Virus record (IMG/VR): IMGVR_UViG_3300030108_002488
Coordinates: 1-64,000 of that record
Length of the DNA stretch: 64,000 bases
DNA from: an uncultured virus (IMG/VR IMGVR_UViG_3300030108_002488)
Taxonomy: Duplodnaviria > Heunggongvirae > Uroviricota > Caudoviricetes
Direction: 5' to 3' (one strand)
Shown: one piece after another, positions 28,674 to 38,463 of the stretch
How positions within the stretch are numbered: the first letter of the stretch is position 1
Layout of the letters: each line of letters opens with the position of its first letter
Program-made: the position numbers and the translations under genes
The notes under the pieces: generated by a model
What the model was told of the DNA's origin: nothing
The model's input: the letters and a program-made list of their open reading frames with translations, nothing else
Database searches by the model: none

Positions 28674-29219
28674 ATGAAGAAGATGAAAAATAAAATAGAT
28701 TGGACAAAAGAAGAAGAAACATGGTATGATGAAACAGATAATTATCTATATGATTATGATAAGTTGAGTCAGTATACACTTTCATTTGACTGGCGTGATA
28801 AACACACAATTGGTTATAGGAACAAAGATGGTGATATATACATATATAATACAAATAGTAATATTAATGCAGGTAAATGTGAAGAAACACTACGTATTGA
28901 TGGTACTAAGGACTTTTATTATATACAAACAGATGGTGGTAAGTACGATAAAACCTATCCACAGTTTAGAAAACATATAGGGGAAGACATAGACATTGTG
29001 ATTGTTAAGTATAGAACGGATAAAATTCGTCCTTCGGAATATAAACTTGCTAATTGCAATGGTCGTGCTAGAAGAGTTCCACACAATGAATTACTAGAAG
29101 TTGTTGTGGAATTAGGTGATATATCTCAATGCGAAGAGAATGGTGTGGTGACAGTTGACCATAAAATAAAGAATGAAAAAATAACAAAAGTGAATAGAAT
29201 AGAGGAGATGATAATATGA
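28674..29219 (+). CDS. Hypothetical protein
   Basis: 181 aa ORF with GGAGG RBS. Confidence 0.55.
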   Translation: MKKMKNKIDWTKEEETWYDETDNYLYDYDKLSQYTLSFDWRDKHTIGYRNKDGDIYIYNTNSNINAGKCEETLRIDGTKDFYYIQTDGGKYDKTYPQFRKHIGEDIDIVIVKYRTDKIRPSEYKLANCNGRARRVPHNELLEVVVELGDISQCEENGVVTVDHKIKNEKITKVNRIEEMII

Positions 29220-30754
29220 GCGGAGAATGGAAAGGTTGGAATGATTGGAATGGATATGAAGAAGCGGGTATAGTTGAACATGATGTTGACTTCAGCGATG
29301 AAGATATAATCATAGACCATGCTATAGGAAGAACAAAAAAAGCGATTGGTAAATGTTGGCCTATGGATGCGGCACTAGCATACACGTTAGTGAAAGCAGG
29401 GCCTCATGCAGAACTTACATGGGATGACATGGTAAATGATTACACTAAGTCGGCCACCATCATGATGACTGGTAAAGTGGCTAGAGATTGGTTACCCAAA
29501 CTGGATGTGGAATCATGTGGACATGATGAAATCAATGGTTACATACACAAACTTGCGGCCCCAAGAGTGATAACAGATACTCATGGTAATAAAAAATTAG
29601 CACCTCAATACGGATGGAGTTCTAAAACAATGAGACAATGGTTAGATGAAGTAGAGGCATCTGATGAATTAAAGGATAAATACTCTGAGATTAGACTATC
29701 AGATAAAGTTTCAATCAATGGTAGAAATTTACTAGAGGATGATTACTTCGCTGAATTACTTGACCTCATTAAAAATAACTTTGAATCATTCGACTATGTA
29801 AGTGTTGATAATTGGGTGAAAAATACACATGCAACTAAAGGTGTATGTAAATGGGCAGACGATGATGATAAACAATGTGCCCACCACGATGCACCCAAAG
29901 AAAGATATTGGGCTTTATACAAGAATGACGATGGTGATTTTGAAACCATTTGGGATAAAGATAGATGTGTGGTTGGATGGAATAACAATCAATGGTTTGA
30001 CTTTGTAGACACTGACAAAGTAAATCGTGATAACATAGTGAGTTGGGATGAAGTCAGAAGAAGTATGTCACATAAAGTACCAAGAGATGAAGTGCTTAAG
30101 TTTGTGAGAGCAAGTCTTTCTCGTATGATGAAACGTAAAGATAACATTGTTCTCAAAGAGGGTATTGGTAAATCAGCCGTTCATAAATGGAATGATTGGG
30201 CATGGGTAACAGAAATGACAGCCTATGTAAAACTGACCAACAGTAAGAATCGTAAAGAAGGTGACACAGAAAATGGTTGGACATACACTAAAGTGCGTAG
30301 CAGAACAAGTCATGGACATGAGATTGCAGACTTTGTATGGAAGCCCACTGAGGATATTCATGATTACTATGTGAAGTTTAAAGTCACAGATGCGTACTAC
30401 TATAACTATGACAAAACCGATTTACAATTGTTTTGCTTTTCATCTAAAACAGATGCAGAAAACTTCGCATCAACTATAGGGAAAGCACACTTAGATAACA
30501 ACGGACATTACAGTAAAAGAATCCACAAGGGTCATGAGAAAATACCTAAAGGTAGATTCTTAATAAAAACTGTACTTCGTGATATGACTATGAAAGGAGA
30601 AGTAGACCCCGATGAATACATGTCTCCACAAGAAGTTATTCAGATGTTTAGAAATGCATCACCTAGTGTGTTAGAGGAACATTACGATAAGTTCGAAGAC
30701 CTTCCTAATTATGGGTATGAATCTGTAGAGGTTGAAGAAGAGGTGGTAGCATGA
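29216..30754 (+). CDS. Hypothetical protein
   Basis: 512 aa coupled ORF; no family recognised. Confidence 0.6.
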   Translation: MSGEWKGWNDWNGYEEAGIVEHDVDFSDEDIIIDHAIGRTKKAIGKCWPMDAALAYTLVKAGPHAELTWDDMVNDYTKSATIMMTGKVARDWLPKLDVESCGHDEINGYIHKLAAPRVITDTHGNKKLAPQYGWSSKTMRQWLDEVEASDELKDKYSEIRLSDKVSINGRNLLEDDYFAELLDLIKNNFESFDYVSVDNWVKNTHATKGVCKWADDDDKQCAHHDAPKERYWALYKNDDGDFETIWDKDRCVVGWNNNQWFDFVDTDKVNRDNIVSWDEVRRSMSHKVPRDEVLKFVRASLSRMMKRKDNIVLKEGIGKSAVHKWNDWAWVTEMTAYVKLTNSKNRKEGDTENGWTYTKVRSRTSHGHEIADFVWKPTEDIHDYYVKFKVTDAYYYNYDKTDLQLFCFSSKTDAENFASTIGKAHLDNNGHYSKRIHKGHEKIPKGRFLIKTVLRDMTMKGEVDPDEYMSPQEVIQMFRNASPSVLEEHYDKFEDLPNYGYESVEVEEEVVA

Positions 30755-30939
30755 GTTGGTGTTGTGAAGGACAAGTAGGGAATCAACCATGTGAACTTGA
30801 TGTCGAAGATGTAGGTCATTGTGATTTAGACCAAGCAGTATTACATGTTTATTGTTATCACTGTGAGCGCACAGGGACTTGGACTTTGTATGCTAATAAA
30901 GATGAAGCAACTCTTGAAATGGGTGAGGTGAGAACATGA
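30751..30939 (+). CDS. Small Cys-rich protein
   Basis: 62 aa, coupled on both sides. Confidence 0.5.
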   Translation: MSWCCEGQVGNQPCELDVEDVGHCDLDQAVLHVYCYHCERTGTWTLYANKDEATLEMGEVRT

Positions 30940-31259
30940 TTGACACAGACAAATACGAAGGACATACACCTGCACCGTGGACTATTGATGTTCACTGGGC
31001 AGGTAAGGATATGGAAACCACCGCAATAGTGATTGAGTCAAACATGACTACACATTCCAACTGTGTATTAGCAGAAGTCGAAGTTGAAAATAAATACGCT
31101 GAGGTCGATGCACAACTCATCGCAGACGCACCACTTCTATTAGCAGAAGTCAAGCGGTTGCGTGAAGGTATTGAAAAGGCATTGGTGCGGCAGAATAACC
31201 CCACCCATTGGTCAAACTACAGTGATATGATGGATGGACTAAGGGAGTTGATTGAATGA
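30936..31259 (+). CDS. MIDTDKYE-family cassette protein 1
   Basis: HTPAPW...LIADAPLLLAEVKRLR motif common in phages. Confidence 0.65.
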   Translation: MIDTDKYEGHTPAPWTIDVHWAGKDMETTAIVIESNMTTHSNCVLAEVEVENKYAEVDAQLIADAPLLLAEVKRLREGIEKALVRQNNPTHWSNYSDMMDGLRELIE

Positions 31260-31495
31260 TTGACACAGACAAATACGAAGGACATACAGAAGGGCTCCTA
31301 TGGCCACCTAGTGGTGAATTGGTTGAATGGGCTAGGGCTGATAGACAACTAATAGCAGATGCACCACTTCTCTTAGCAGAAGTCAAGCGGTTGCGTAAAG
31401 AGAACGATGAACTCCACGCTCAAAGGGTTCAGTTTTCTTGGATTCAAGAATCACGAACAGGGCGCTCAAGTAGATATGTAGGTGAAGAAGAATGA
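31256..31495 (+). CDS. MIDTDKYE-family cassette protein 2
   Basis: Shares both conserved blocks with the upstream gene. Confidence 0.65.
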   Translation: MIDTDKYEGHTEGLLWPPSGELVEWARADRQLIADAPLLLAEVKRLRKENDELHAQRVQFSWIQESRTGRSSRYVGEEE

Positions 31496-31764
31496 TTGAC
31501 ACAGACAAATACGAAGATTATACGATGTGGATTAAAACTGAACATGCAGGTTGGTTTTTCAACGGTGAATGGGAGGATGGGGAATCTGAAGAACAGGTAA
31601 TCAAAGAGTGGAACGAGAGGCTTGAAGAAGCCCGAGCAGATGATGTGGTCAAGTGTTTGTCCGCTGAACTACGCAAGCACACTGATTACTATGAGGATGA
31701 AGATGGTATCACATCAATGCAAACTGATGTCATCTTTAGTTGGAAGGCAGGTGAAGAAGAATGA
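31492..31764 (+). CDS. MIDTDKYE-family cassette protein 3
   Basis: Shares only the 5' block. Confidence 0.6.
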   Translation: MIDTDKYEDYTMWIKTEHAGWFFNGEWEDGESEEQVIKEWNERLEEARADDVVKCLSAELRKHTDYYEDEDGITSMQTDVIFSWKAGEEE

Positions 31765-31786
31765 TACCTAGATATTGGTGGAATGA

Positions 31787-32098
31787 ATGATTGATATAGA
31801 AGAGTACATAGATGTTGATGATGTCACCCCTGATGGGATATGGATTTTAGATAGTGGTCAAACCATTGACCTCCGACATGTTCAATTAGAACTTCCCGAT
31901 GGGATAGGTAAGGAGTGGGTACAAGCCATCATGACAAACGCTGAAAGTGTTTATGATACTTGTCCTTCATGTGGTAAAACGGTAGGTGAAGAATCAACAA
32001 TAGTTAACTTAGAAACACATCACTACTTGATAGCAAGATGTTGTAAAGAATGGATACTAATTAAAAACGAGGAAATAAAACAAGAGGAATGGATATGA
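31787..32098 (+). CDS. Zn-ribbon hypothetical protein
   Basis: CPSCG...RCC. Confidence 0.55.
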   Translation: MIDIEEYIDVDDVTPDGIWILDSGQTIDLRHVQLELPDGIGKEWVQAIMTNAESVYDTCPSCGKTVGEESTIVNLETHHYLIARCCKEWILIKNEEIKQEEWI

Positions 32099-32808
32099 AT
32101 GAAGATGAAATAAAAACAGCAGGACTGAAAGTGTGGGCGATTGAGCATTTTAACCAAATGGCTATGCATGCCATATGGAGACCCGATGGAACTGGGTTAC
32201 GTTATCGTAAGACAGCGGACAATGCACTAACACTAGAACATAGAGTCGACCACCCTGATTCATTAATACATCACGAAAAGATTGTGAAGTTATATGAATC
32301 AGTGAACATAGAAATAGAGGACGATAACCCCATGGTTACACCTGCGGCACTCTCAGCAGAAGAAGCATACCGCATGGAGATACAAGAAAGACAAGCGATT
32401 GCATCAGCATGGAGTTGTCAGTGTGGGGTTAAGTTATCTGATTTAGAACTAGATGAAGCAGTCCCTACATACTTGGGTAATAGAGAGATTCTATTGGATG
32501 ATGGAAACACACAAGAGATAGAAGACTGGGCATTCAGATTAGCATGTCATAGTTGTGATGAAATCATTAACATGAATCCCGATGATTATAATTTATTAGC
32601 GGGTGATGAATTGTTTATGAGATATAAAACATCAGACAACCAATGGGTGTATGCTATGACAAGACAAGAGATGCTTAAGTATGCAGACAGTGGACGGAAA
32701 GGGATACTGGTTGGAAGTAAGTGTCCACTAACACAGGGTAAAGTACCACCTTGGGTATGGGGAACTTATTGTAAAGTGGATATGATATCTGAAGGAGAGG
32801 AAGAGTAA
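32089..32808 (+). CDS. Hypothetical protein with Cys pairs
   Basis: 239 aa ORF. Confidence 0.6.
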   Translation: MDMNEDEIKTAGLKVWAIEHFNQMAMHAIWRPDGTGLRYRKTADNALTLEHRVDHPDSLIHHEKIVKLYESVNIEIEDDNPMVTPAALSAEEAYRMEIQERQAIASAWSCQCGVKLSDLELDEAVPTYLGNREILLDDGNTQEIEDWAFRLACHSCDEIINMNPDDYNLLAGDELFMRYKTSDNQWVYAMTRQEMLKYADSGRKGILVGSKCPLTQGKVPPWVWGTYCKVDMISEGEEE

Positions 32809-33071
32809 TGGGCGAAACAGGAGTATGGCGTACATCCAGTATGGAAGGTAAATGGAAAGATGGAAAAGGTGATGTGGCATTACGCATTGTTGAGTTCGCA
32901 AATAACATATGGTTAGACCTACGTATAATGAATGTCACAGATGGTAAAAACCAACACACAAGACATGGTGTGCGTCTCACTATAGAACAAGCGAGAGAGA
33001 TGCTACCTAGATTACAGGAAGGTATAGTCAAGGCCGAAGATATGCGTGAACGTGAGGAACGGTCAAACTGA
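32808..33071 (+). CDS. PC4/YdbC-like ssDNA-binding or coactivator protein
   Basis: LRIVEFANNIWLDLR...TRHGVRLTIEQ matches the PC4 fold pattern (V..F.G...+D+R...T.KG+.L). Confidence 0.7.
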   Translation: MGETGVWRTSSMEGKWKDGKGDVALRIVEFANNIWLDLRIMNVTDGKNQHTRHGVRLTIEQAREMLPRLQEGIVKAEDMREREERSN

Positions 33072-33073
33072 CT

Positions 33074-33097
33074 TTCAGTATTTAAAGAAACAGTATT
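33074..33097 (+). promoter_or_regulatory. Early promoter motif, copy 5
   Basis: TTCAGTATTTAAAGAAACAGTATT; a variant TAGTATATAAAGCAG lies at 33152. Confidence 0.7.
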
Positions 33098-33173
33098 TAC
33101 TGATTTTGATGAACAGAAGATTAAGATTGGATACTGCCACGCAAAAATACATAGTATATAAAGCAGAATTAAA

Positions 33174-33425
33174 ATGGAGGAATATAAGATGATGAAGAAA
33201 ATAATGATAGGAATAGATAGATGGATGATAATAGAACACATAGGCGCTGATACATGGCAGATTGTAGAATCACATAGATGTCGTATACAGGGTGAACAAG
33301 GAGACATGGTAAAAGATACTAAAGTCGGTTGGGTTGTATTTAGAGATGCTACTTGTAGTATACCTAAGTATAGAGTACCGTCACATGTATTAGTAGAAGA
33401 CTATGACTTAGGAGAGGAAGAATAA
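33174..33425 (+). CDS. Hypothetical protein, paralog A
   Basis: GIDRW..IE....WQIVESH...LVEDYDLGEEE. Confidence 0.6.
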   Translation: MEEYKMMKKIMIGIDRWMIIEHIGADTWQIVESHRCRIQGEQGDMVKDTKVGWVVFRDATCSIPKYRVPSHVLVEDYDLGEEE

Positions 33426-33733
33426 TGAAGAAGAAAATAACATTAGGAATAGATAGATGGGTAATAATAGAACAGATAAACGATGATGCATGGCAGATTG
33501 TAGAATCACATGGAAATCTTATACTACGGGATATTGATATATTGCGTCAAGAAAATTATAAATCCTGTGCATATTGTGATGGCACAAGTTTAGACAAAGG
33601 AGATATTGTAAAAGATTACCCACATGGTTTGGTTGTATATGCAGATGCTATTTGTGGAATACCTAAATATGTAATACCATCAACTTATCTTTTAAATTTA
33701 GTAGAAGACTATGACTTAGGAGAGGAAGAATAA
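33425..33733 (+). CDS. Hypothetical protein, paralog B with CxxC insert
   Basis: Tandem paralog of 33174..33425. Confidence 0.6.
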   Translation: MKKKITLGIDRWVIIEQINDDAWQIVESHGNLILRDIDILRQENYKSCAYCDGTSLDKGDIVKDYPHGLVVYADAICGIPKYVIPSTYLLNLVEDYDLGEEE

Positions 33734-33978
33734 TGCCTAGAATGAATAAACATGCTAGATTAAAAAAATGGGTAACGGAAGTTTTGTGTGATAAAGTAAT
33801 GACTACTATACAAATTAGAGATGCTATATCGAATAAGAGTTACAAGAGTAGTTACACTAACTCGAAGATAAAACAGATACCTACTACACAAAGACTGACA
33901 CAAGTATTGAGAGTGAACGATGAGTTTGTTAGAGTGAATAAATATGATTACCCTGCTGAATGGAGATTGAGAGAATGA
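33733..33978 (+). CDS. Probable winged-helix DNA-binding protein
   Basis: MTTIQIRD...PTTQRLTQVLR...EF...AEWRL; paralog of 48847..49131. Confidence 0.5.
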   Translation: MPRMNKHARLKKWVTEVLCDKVMTTIQIRDAISNKSYKSSYTNSKIKQIPTTQRLTQVLRVNDEFVRVNKYDYPAEWRLRE

Positions 33979-34559
33979 AACAAGTAAGTGAAATGGAATG
34001 GACAGACGGCACAGCCAAGGCATTGAAGAAGTTGGCTAGTGCTATAGAGAGACAAGAGAAAAGTAGACACACACCTGATGAAGATTACTACAGTAATCCT
34101 GAACTAATGGTGATGGACATGCTCACTGGTAGTACTGTTATGTTACAGACTGAGCCACACACAGGAGGTAAGACTCATGGTAATGGTTACAGAAGATGTG
34201 CTTCAGTGACACAAAGAATACCTGCTAAGATGCAGACCAAGAAGATGATAGGTAGATTACTTAGAATGAGTATACGTAACTTCGTATCATTAGATGCATC
34301 AGATGATGAGTACAGTGTTGTTGTTGCTAAAGCAATCAAAGACATAGCCGCTATGTTAGTAGATGAGAGTGAGTGGAGTGTTGAGGAAGATAAGTATGCT
34401 AGTGCATTACAATCAGCGATATCTGATTTGATGGAACTAACTACATCAGTAAGAGCAGGTGACTCATTACTAAAAGTTGAGGCTATACCTATGAGTACAG
34501 CACACATGGATGTGAGTAAGATAGTGAACAAAATAAAATTAGAGGAGGAAATAAAATGA
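33960..34559 (+). CDS. Hypothetical protein
   Basis: 199 aa ORF. Confidence 0.55.
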   Translation: MEIERMKQVSEMEWTDGTAKALKKLASAIERQEKSRHTPDEDYYSNPELMVMDMLTGSTVMLQTEPHTGGKTHGNGYRRCASVTQRIPAKMQTKKMIGRLLRMSIRNFVSLDASDDEYSVVVAKAIKDIAAMLVDESEWSVEEDKYASALQSAISDLMELTTSVRAGDSLLKVEAIPMSTAHMDVSKIVNKIKLEEEIK

Positions 34560-35168
34560 AAAGAGTAACGATAGAAGAAGCAGATATAGATGAAGAAGGA
34601 AATGAAATAGTAATAGACAGTAGAGAATTAAATGTTTGTGATAAATGTGCTAATAATTATGTCATGGATGTTGATATAGTTTTCATAGAAAATACATCTT
34701 ATGATGGTGACTGTGATGACTGTGGAGAATTTGAGCAAGGGGTGTGGGAAGAATGAAGAAATATAAATATGAATATACGAAAGAAGAAACAGAAGACCCT
34801 GATTGGGAAAAGAATCTAGGTAAACTATTCAGATACCAATACGGATGTAATGGATGTGGAGGTAGTTTCGACCCTAACTATGGTGGGGAGATAGAAGAAG
34901 AAACAGGTAGACTAAACATGTGTGGTAGTTGTTTAGACAAAGGGGTGACAGTGTGAGTAAGTTAGAAGCATTTACTGACTCAACTTATCATAAAAGGGGT
35001 GACACTGTGAGTAAGTTAGAAGCATTAAAGGGAATGAAAAGTGGCTATGAACTTTCATTGAAGGAAATGAAGAAAGCACTTGACGAATTACAACTTAGAT
35101 ACGATGTAATTCAAGAGCATTTAGAAAATGTTGAAGAAGCGATAGCACATGAAGAGGTGACAGCATGA
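34556..35168 (+). CDS. Three coupled micro-ORFs (34556-34756, ~34753-34956, ~34953/35007-35168): two CxxC proteins and one coiled coil
   Basis: ORF track plus RBS and stop-start overlaps. Confidence 0.5.
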
Positions 35169-35707
35169 ACATATTCGTATTAGATGAAAACCCAATAACA
35201 GCGGCGAGAATGTACTGTGATAAACATTCACCTAAAATGGTTGTAGAACTTTTACAACAACTTGGTAGTGCAGTCATCCGTCATGGTGCTACACCTGAAC
35301 AAATGCCTCTTACGAGCAAAGGCACACCTTTGAAGGGTGGCTATCATAATCACCCATGTACAATTTGGTGTGGTGAATCACAGGCTAATTTTATATGGGC
35401 ATCAATACATGCCATTGAGTTATGTCTTGAATTTACTCGCCGCTTTGGTAAGACTCATTTTTGTGAGAAAGGTATTCGCCATCTCGCTAACATGTACACA
35501 CTTATCCCTAGTGGTGGTTTAACAGATTTTGCTAGAGCGTTTGACTTACAAAACCCTGACCTTGCTCACCTTTATGATGAAGATAAGTATACAGCAGTTG
35601 AAGCATACAGAGAATTCTATCACACCAAACGATTCTCTAACGGTTTACCTAAATGGGAACACTCTGTTACTCCTAGTTGGTGGCAAGGCGTGGAGGTGAC
35701 GGCGTGA
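35165..35707 (+). CDS. Pyrimidine-dimer DNA glycosylase (T4 endonuclease V-like family)
   Basis: MNIFVLD..P..AA...CDKH..KM..E..Q.L...H.HPC..W...S..N..W signature. Confidence 0.8.
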   Translation: MNIFVLDENPITAARMYCDKHSPKMVVELLQQLGSAVIRHGATPEQMPLTSKGTPLKGGYHNHPCTIWCGESQANFIWASIHAIELCLEFTRRFGKTHFCEKGIRHLANMYTLIPSGGLTDFARAFDLQNPDLAHLYDEDKYTAVEAYREFYHTKRFSNGLPKWEHSVTPSWWQGVEVTA

Positions 35708-36536
35708 GTTGTGATTGTGATTGGGAAAGACTCAACATAAATCCCGTAGGCTACACCCCTACGGGTAGAGAGCAACACGAATGGTATTGTTCATTCTGTA
35801 AGAGTAGAAGAGTATCTTCTAAATATCCTTACAAGCGAAGCGTGGAGGTGACAGCATGAGAGGTATTGAAGGATGGAGAACTATGTGTAAAGAAGAAGTA
35901 GAGGCTTTTCAAAAAGAACATGAGATACCCGTATTAAGAAAGAGTCGTGAAATGTATATCTGTGATGAAGAAGAAATGGTAGCATTTCCTTGTTGGACTA
36001 TTAATGGTATAAGATACCGAGTCTTTCACAAAGGCGTGGAGGTGACAGCATGATACCTTCCAAAGAACAAATAGATATCTTGAAATTAATACATGAATTA
36101 CCAAATAAAGAATTATGTCAAATGATAGGTTATCTTGGAAATATGATATCAGAGCGTATGAGAGTAGAAACTCATCTTAAAGAAAAGTATTTTGAAGAAC
36201 AAACCACTTATGAGAAAGATGAGGAGATACCATGAGTAATCCATGTTCAGATTGTGGAGAACATATGTTATACCTATGGACTATGATGCCTGTATGTGTC
36301 AATAAAGATTGTAAAAGGTATAAGGTTGAGGTGACAGCGTAATGTCATACCACCATACAGAAGATGGTGAGATTAACCATTGTACCTTGTGTGATGAGTT
36401 GATTCCTGAAAGAGTGAAGATATGGGGGAGTGGAACGCACCAATGTATGAGTGGAATACCTGTTTGTTACTGGTGCGCTTCTAAGATTACAGATTACATG
36501 ATAGAGTTAAGGGAGGACACACAGCGTGAAAATTAG
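35704..36536 (+). CDS. Array of micro-ORFs (35704-35859, 35856-36053, 36050-36235, 36232-36342, 36342-36536)
   Basis: Coupled via GAGGTGACAGC junctions; three end in VEVTA; several have CxxC. Confidence 0.55.
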
Positions 36537-36879
36537 ATACAATTGCTACGATTGCGGAGAACTATTCTTTACCTACTCATCTAATAAGGTGTTGGATAAA
36601 CCTATCTGTCCTAAATGTAGAAGCGTTAAACTACGCTCTACTAATTCTGAAACTAAGTTAGAGAGTTTAGAAGATAGAGTTCACTCGCTTGAAAAACTAT
36701 CGACTATAAATTACGAGGCCGTAATGTATGAATTTAAAGATAAAATACAAGAGATATGTAAAGATGTGATAAATGAATACACGAAAGCATTCGATGAAAA
36801 GTTAATGAAAATACATGGGAGTGTGGCTACACTTAACACTAGGATTTTAAAATTACAAGAGGAGAATGACCATGAGTGA
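36526..36879 (+). CDS. Zn-ribbon plus coiled-coil protein
   Basis: CYDCG...CPKC followed by heptads. Confidence 0.6.
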   Translation: MKIRYNCYDCGELFFTYSSNKVLDKPICPKCRSVKLRSTNSETKLESLEDRVHSLEKLSTINYEAVMYEFKDKIQEICKDVINEYTKAFDEKLMKIHGSVATLNTRILKLQEENDHE

Positions 36880-37210
36880 TAAAGCAGACGCATTAGCACG
36901 TTCAGTATACGCACACAAAAACAATGATAGAAGTATGGAGTTAGCGAAAGCGCTAGGTTTGAATGTATCAGACTATGCCTCCATTAGGATATTACATGAA
37001 AGAGTATCATCTAACCCCTCATGGGAGAATCAAAGAAGTCCACATGGATTGATGGTAGACTGTACATATCTAGTGGCTAAGAAGAAAGGTATGAAAGTAA
37101 GCGCACAAAAGATTCGTAAACTCACTATGGAATTATTCAATGTTAGCACACAACCTAGACCTAGTGTGTGGCAGAGATATTTCAAGAAAGAGATAGAGGA
37201 ATGTCTATGA
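36866..37210 (+). CDS. Possible single-cyclin-repeat TFB/TFIIB-like protein
   Basis: RSPHGLMVDCTYLVAKKKGMKVSAQKI resembles the TFB repeat G(R/K)SP.G.AAA.LY.A.......Q..I. Confidence 0.45.
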   Translation: MTMSDKADALARSVYAHKNNDRSMELAKALGLNVSDYASIRILHERVSSNPSWENQRSPHGLMVDCTYLVAKKKGMKVSAQKIRKLTMELFNVSTQPRPSVWQRYFKKEIEECL

Positions 37211-38463
37211 TGTTCAGTAAGATTGCAGATATACATGAGCGTTTGAGATTAGGTGCAGACAGAACAGAACAACTCTCACGTCTAAAGAATAAAGATGATG
37301 CGTTGTTATGCTATGAGTTGTTCTATCCAAGTGAAGCACAGATTACACACAGTTCAGTTATATCAAGACTGGCAGAACAATCAGGAATTTATTATGATGT
37401 AGTAAAAGATTTACTTCCTGAATCAGTTCCACTATGGATGACACTTGCGTCTGAGAGTAGCGCATCAGGTTCAAGAGGTTACAGTGCAAAAGACGTTTTG
37501 GACTTTCCTTATAAAGCAGCATCATTATTAGAAACAGCGCATCGTTTCAATGAGATTGAGGCTAGATTGGTTTGGAGATTTGTTACTAAATCTAAACCTG
37601 TCATTAGTAAGAGAACGTTCTTTGGAACTATAGCACGACTCAAGAAGTTACCACCATATGTAGTAAAGAGTAACATGACTAGAGATACTCTAATCAAAAT
37701 GTATGATGACCCCGAGGGAGTCAAAGCATTAGAGCACTGGTATCAATTCCCTAATATGTTTCCAGCCCCTATGAGATGGAAGCCTTGGAACAAATTACAT
37801 CCACCTGAAGAGCACACAGTTGCTATACCGATACCATCTAATGCATTGGTTTACTCCTGTCAAGGTAGTTTAAGGAATCGTAATGGAGATAGAATCAAGA
37901 GAGTGACTAATGATAATGCTTACATAGAAATGGCAGGTGACGTAGTGGTGGACTACGTGAACTATGATAGTCCCCATTTATCGTTTATAGAGAGGACTAA
38001 AGAGCAGAATATAATCAAGTTTGATTTGACACAACATGGGGCATGGGATGGTACTCTAAAGTGTCTAAAAGAAGACGATGTAGAATGTATAAGATTTGTT
38101 AATCCTAATCAAACATTCAAGCCTGATGGGATAGGAGGTTACGTTATGTATCCACACCGTAATCGAATATTCCTACGTCTAAATAATAAACTGAAAGATA
38201 ACGGGTGGGAACTTGCCGCACTAGATGGTGTAGATGATTTCTTACCTGTGTGTACTATAATTAAAGAGGATTTGAATATGGAGATAGATGATGAGTCTTG
38301 TATTGTAGTAGAGGTAATCGCTATCAGAGTTAACAGTGATGGCGAAATAATAGAGAAAGAATTTGTGGATATAAGAAACGATTTGGGTATCAGTGATGTT
38401 ATCCAAATCACAGAATTAATAGAAAGAGGAATGGAAAATGACGAGAATAATAAGACAGAGTGA
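37207..38463 (+). CDS. Degenerate ATP-dependent DNA ligase-like protein
   Basis: Ligase-like N-terminus (MFSKIADIHERL), PM, RNG, and C-terminal IRNDLGISDV; no KxDG adenylation motif. Confidence 0.55.
   Translation: MMFSKIADIHERLRLGADRTEQLSRLKNKDDALLCYELFYPSEAQITHSSVISRLAEQSGIYYDVVKDLLPESVPLWMTLASESSASGSRGYSAKDVLDFPYKAASLLETAHRFNEIEARLVWRFVTKSKPVISKRTFFGTIARLKKLPPYVVKSNMTRDTLIKMYDDPEGVKALEHWYQFPNMFPAPMRWKPWNKLHPPEEHTVAIPIPSNALVYSCQGSLRNRNGDRIKRVTNDNAYIEMAGDVVVDYVNYDSPHLSFIERTKEQNIIKFDLTQHGAWDGTLKCLKEDDVECIRFVNPNQTFKPDGIGGYVMYPHRNRIFLRLNNKLKDNGWELAALDGVDDFLPVCTIIKEDLNMEIDDESCIVVEVIAIRVNSDGEIIEKEFVDIRNDLGISDVIQITELIERGMENDENNKTE

Noticed and set aside
30936..31764. Diversity-generating retroelement
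   Set aside because: No reverse transcriptase in the window, and the differences are block replacements rather than adenine-specific substitutions
32675..33307. 210-aa minus-strand ORF and the many other antisense ORFs in the track
   Set aside because: They overlap well-supported, RBS-bearing genes on the opposite strand and have shadow-ORF composition
34939..35026. Repeat-spacer-repeat resembling a mini CRISPR array
   Set aside because: Only two copies with a 20-bp spacer; the repeat is an RBS plus start codon in frame with an ORF
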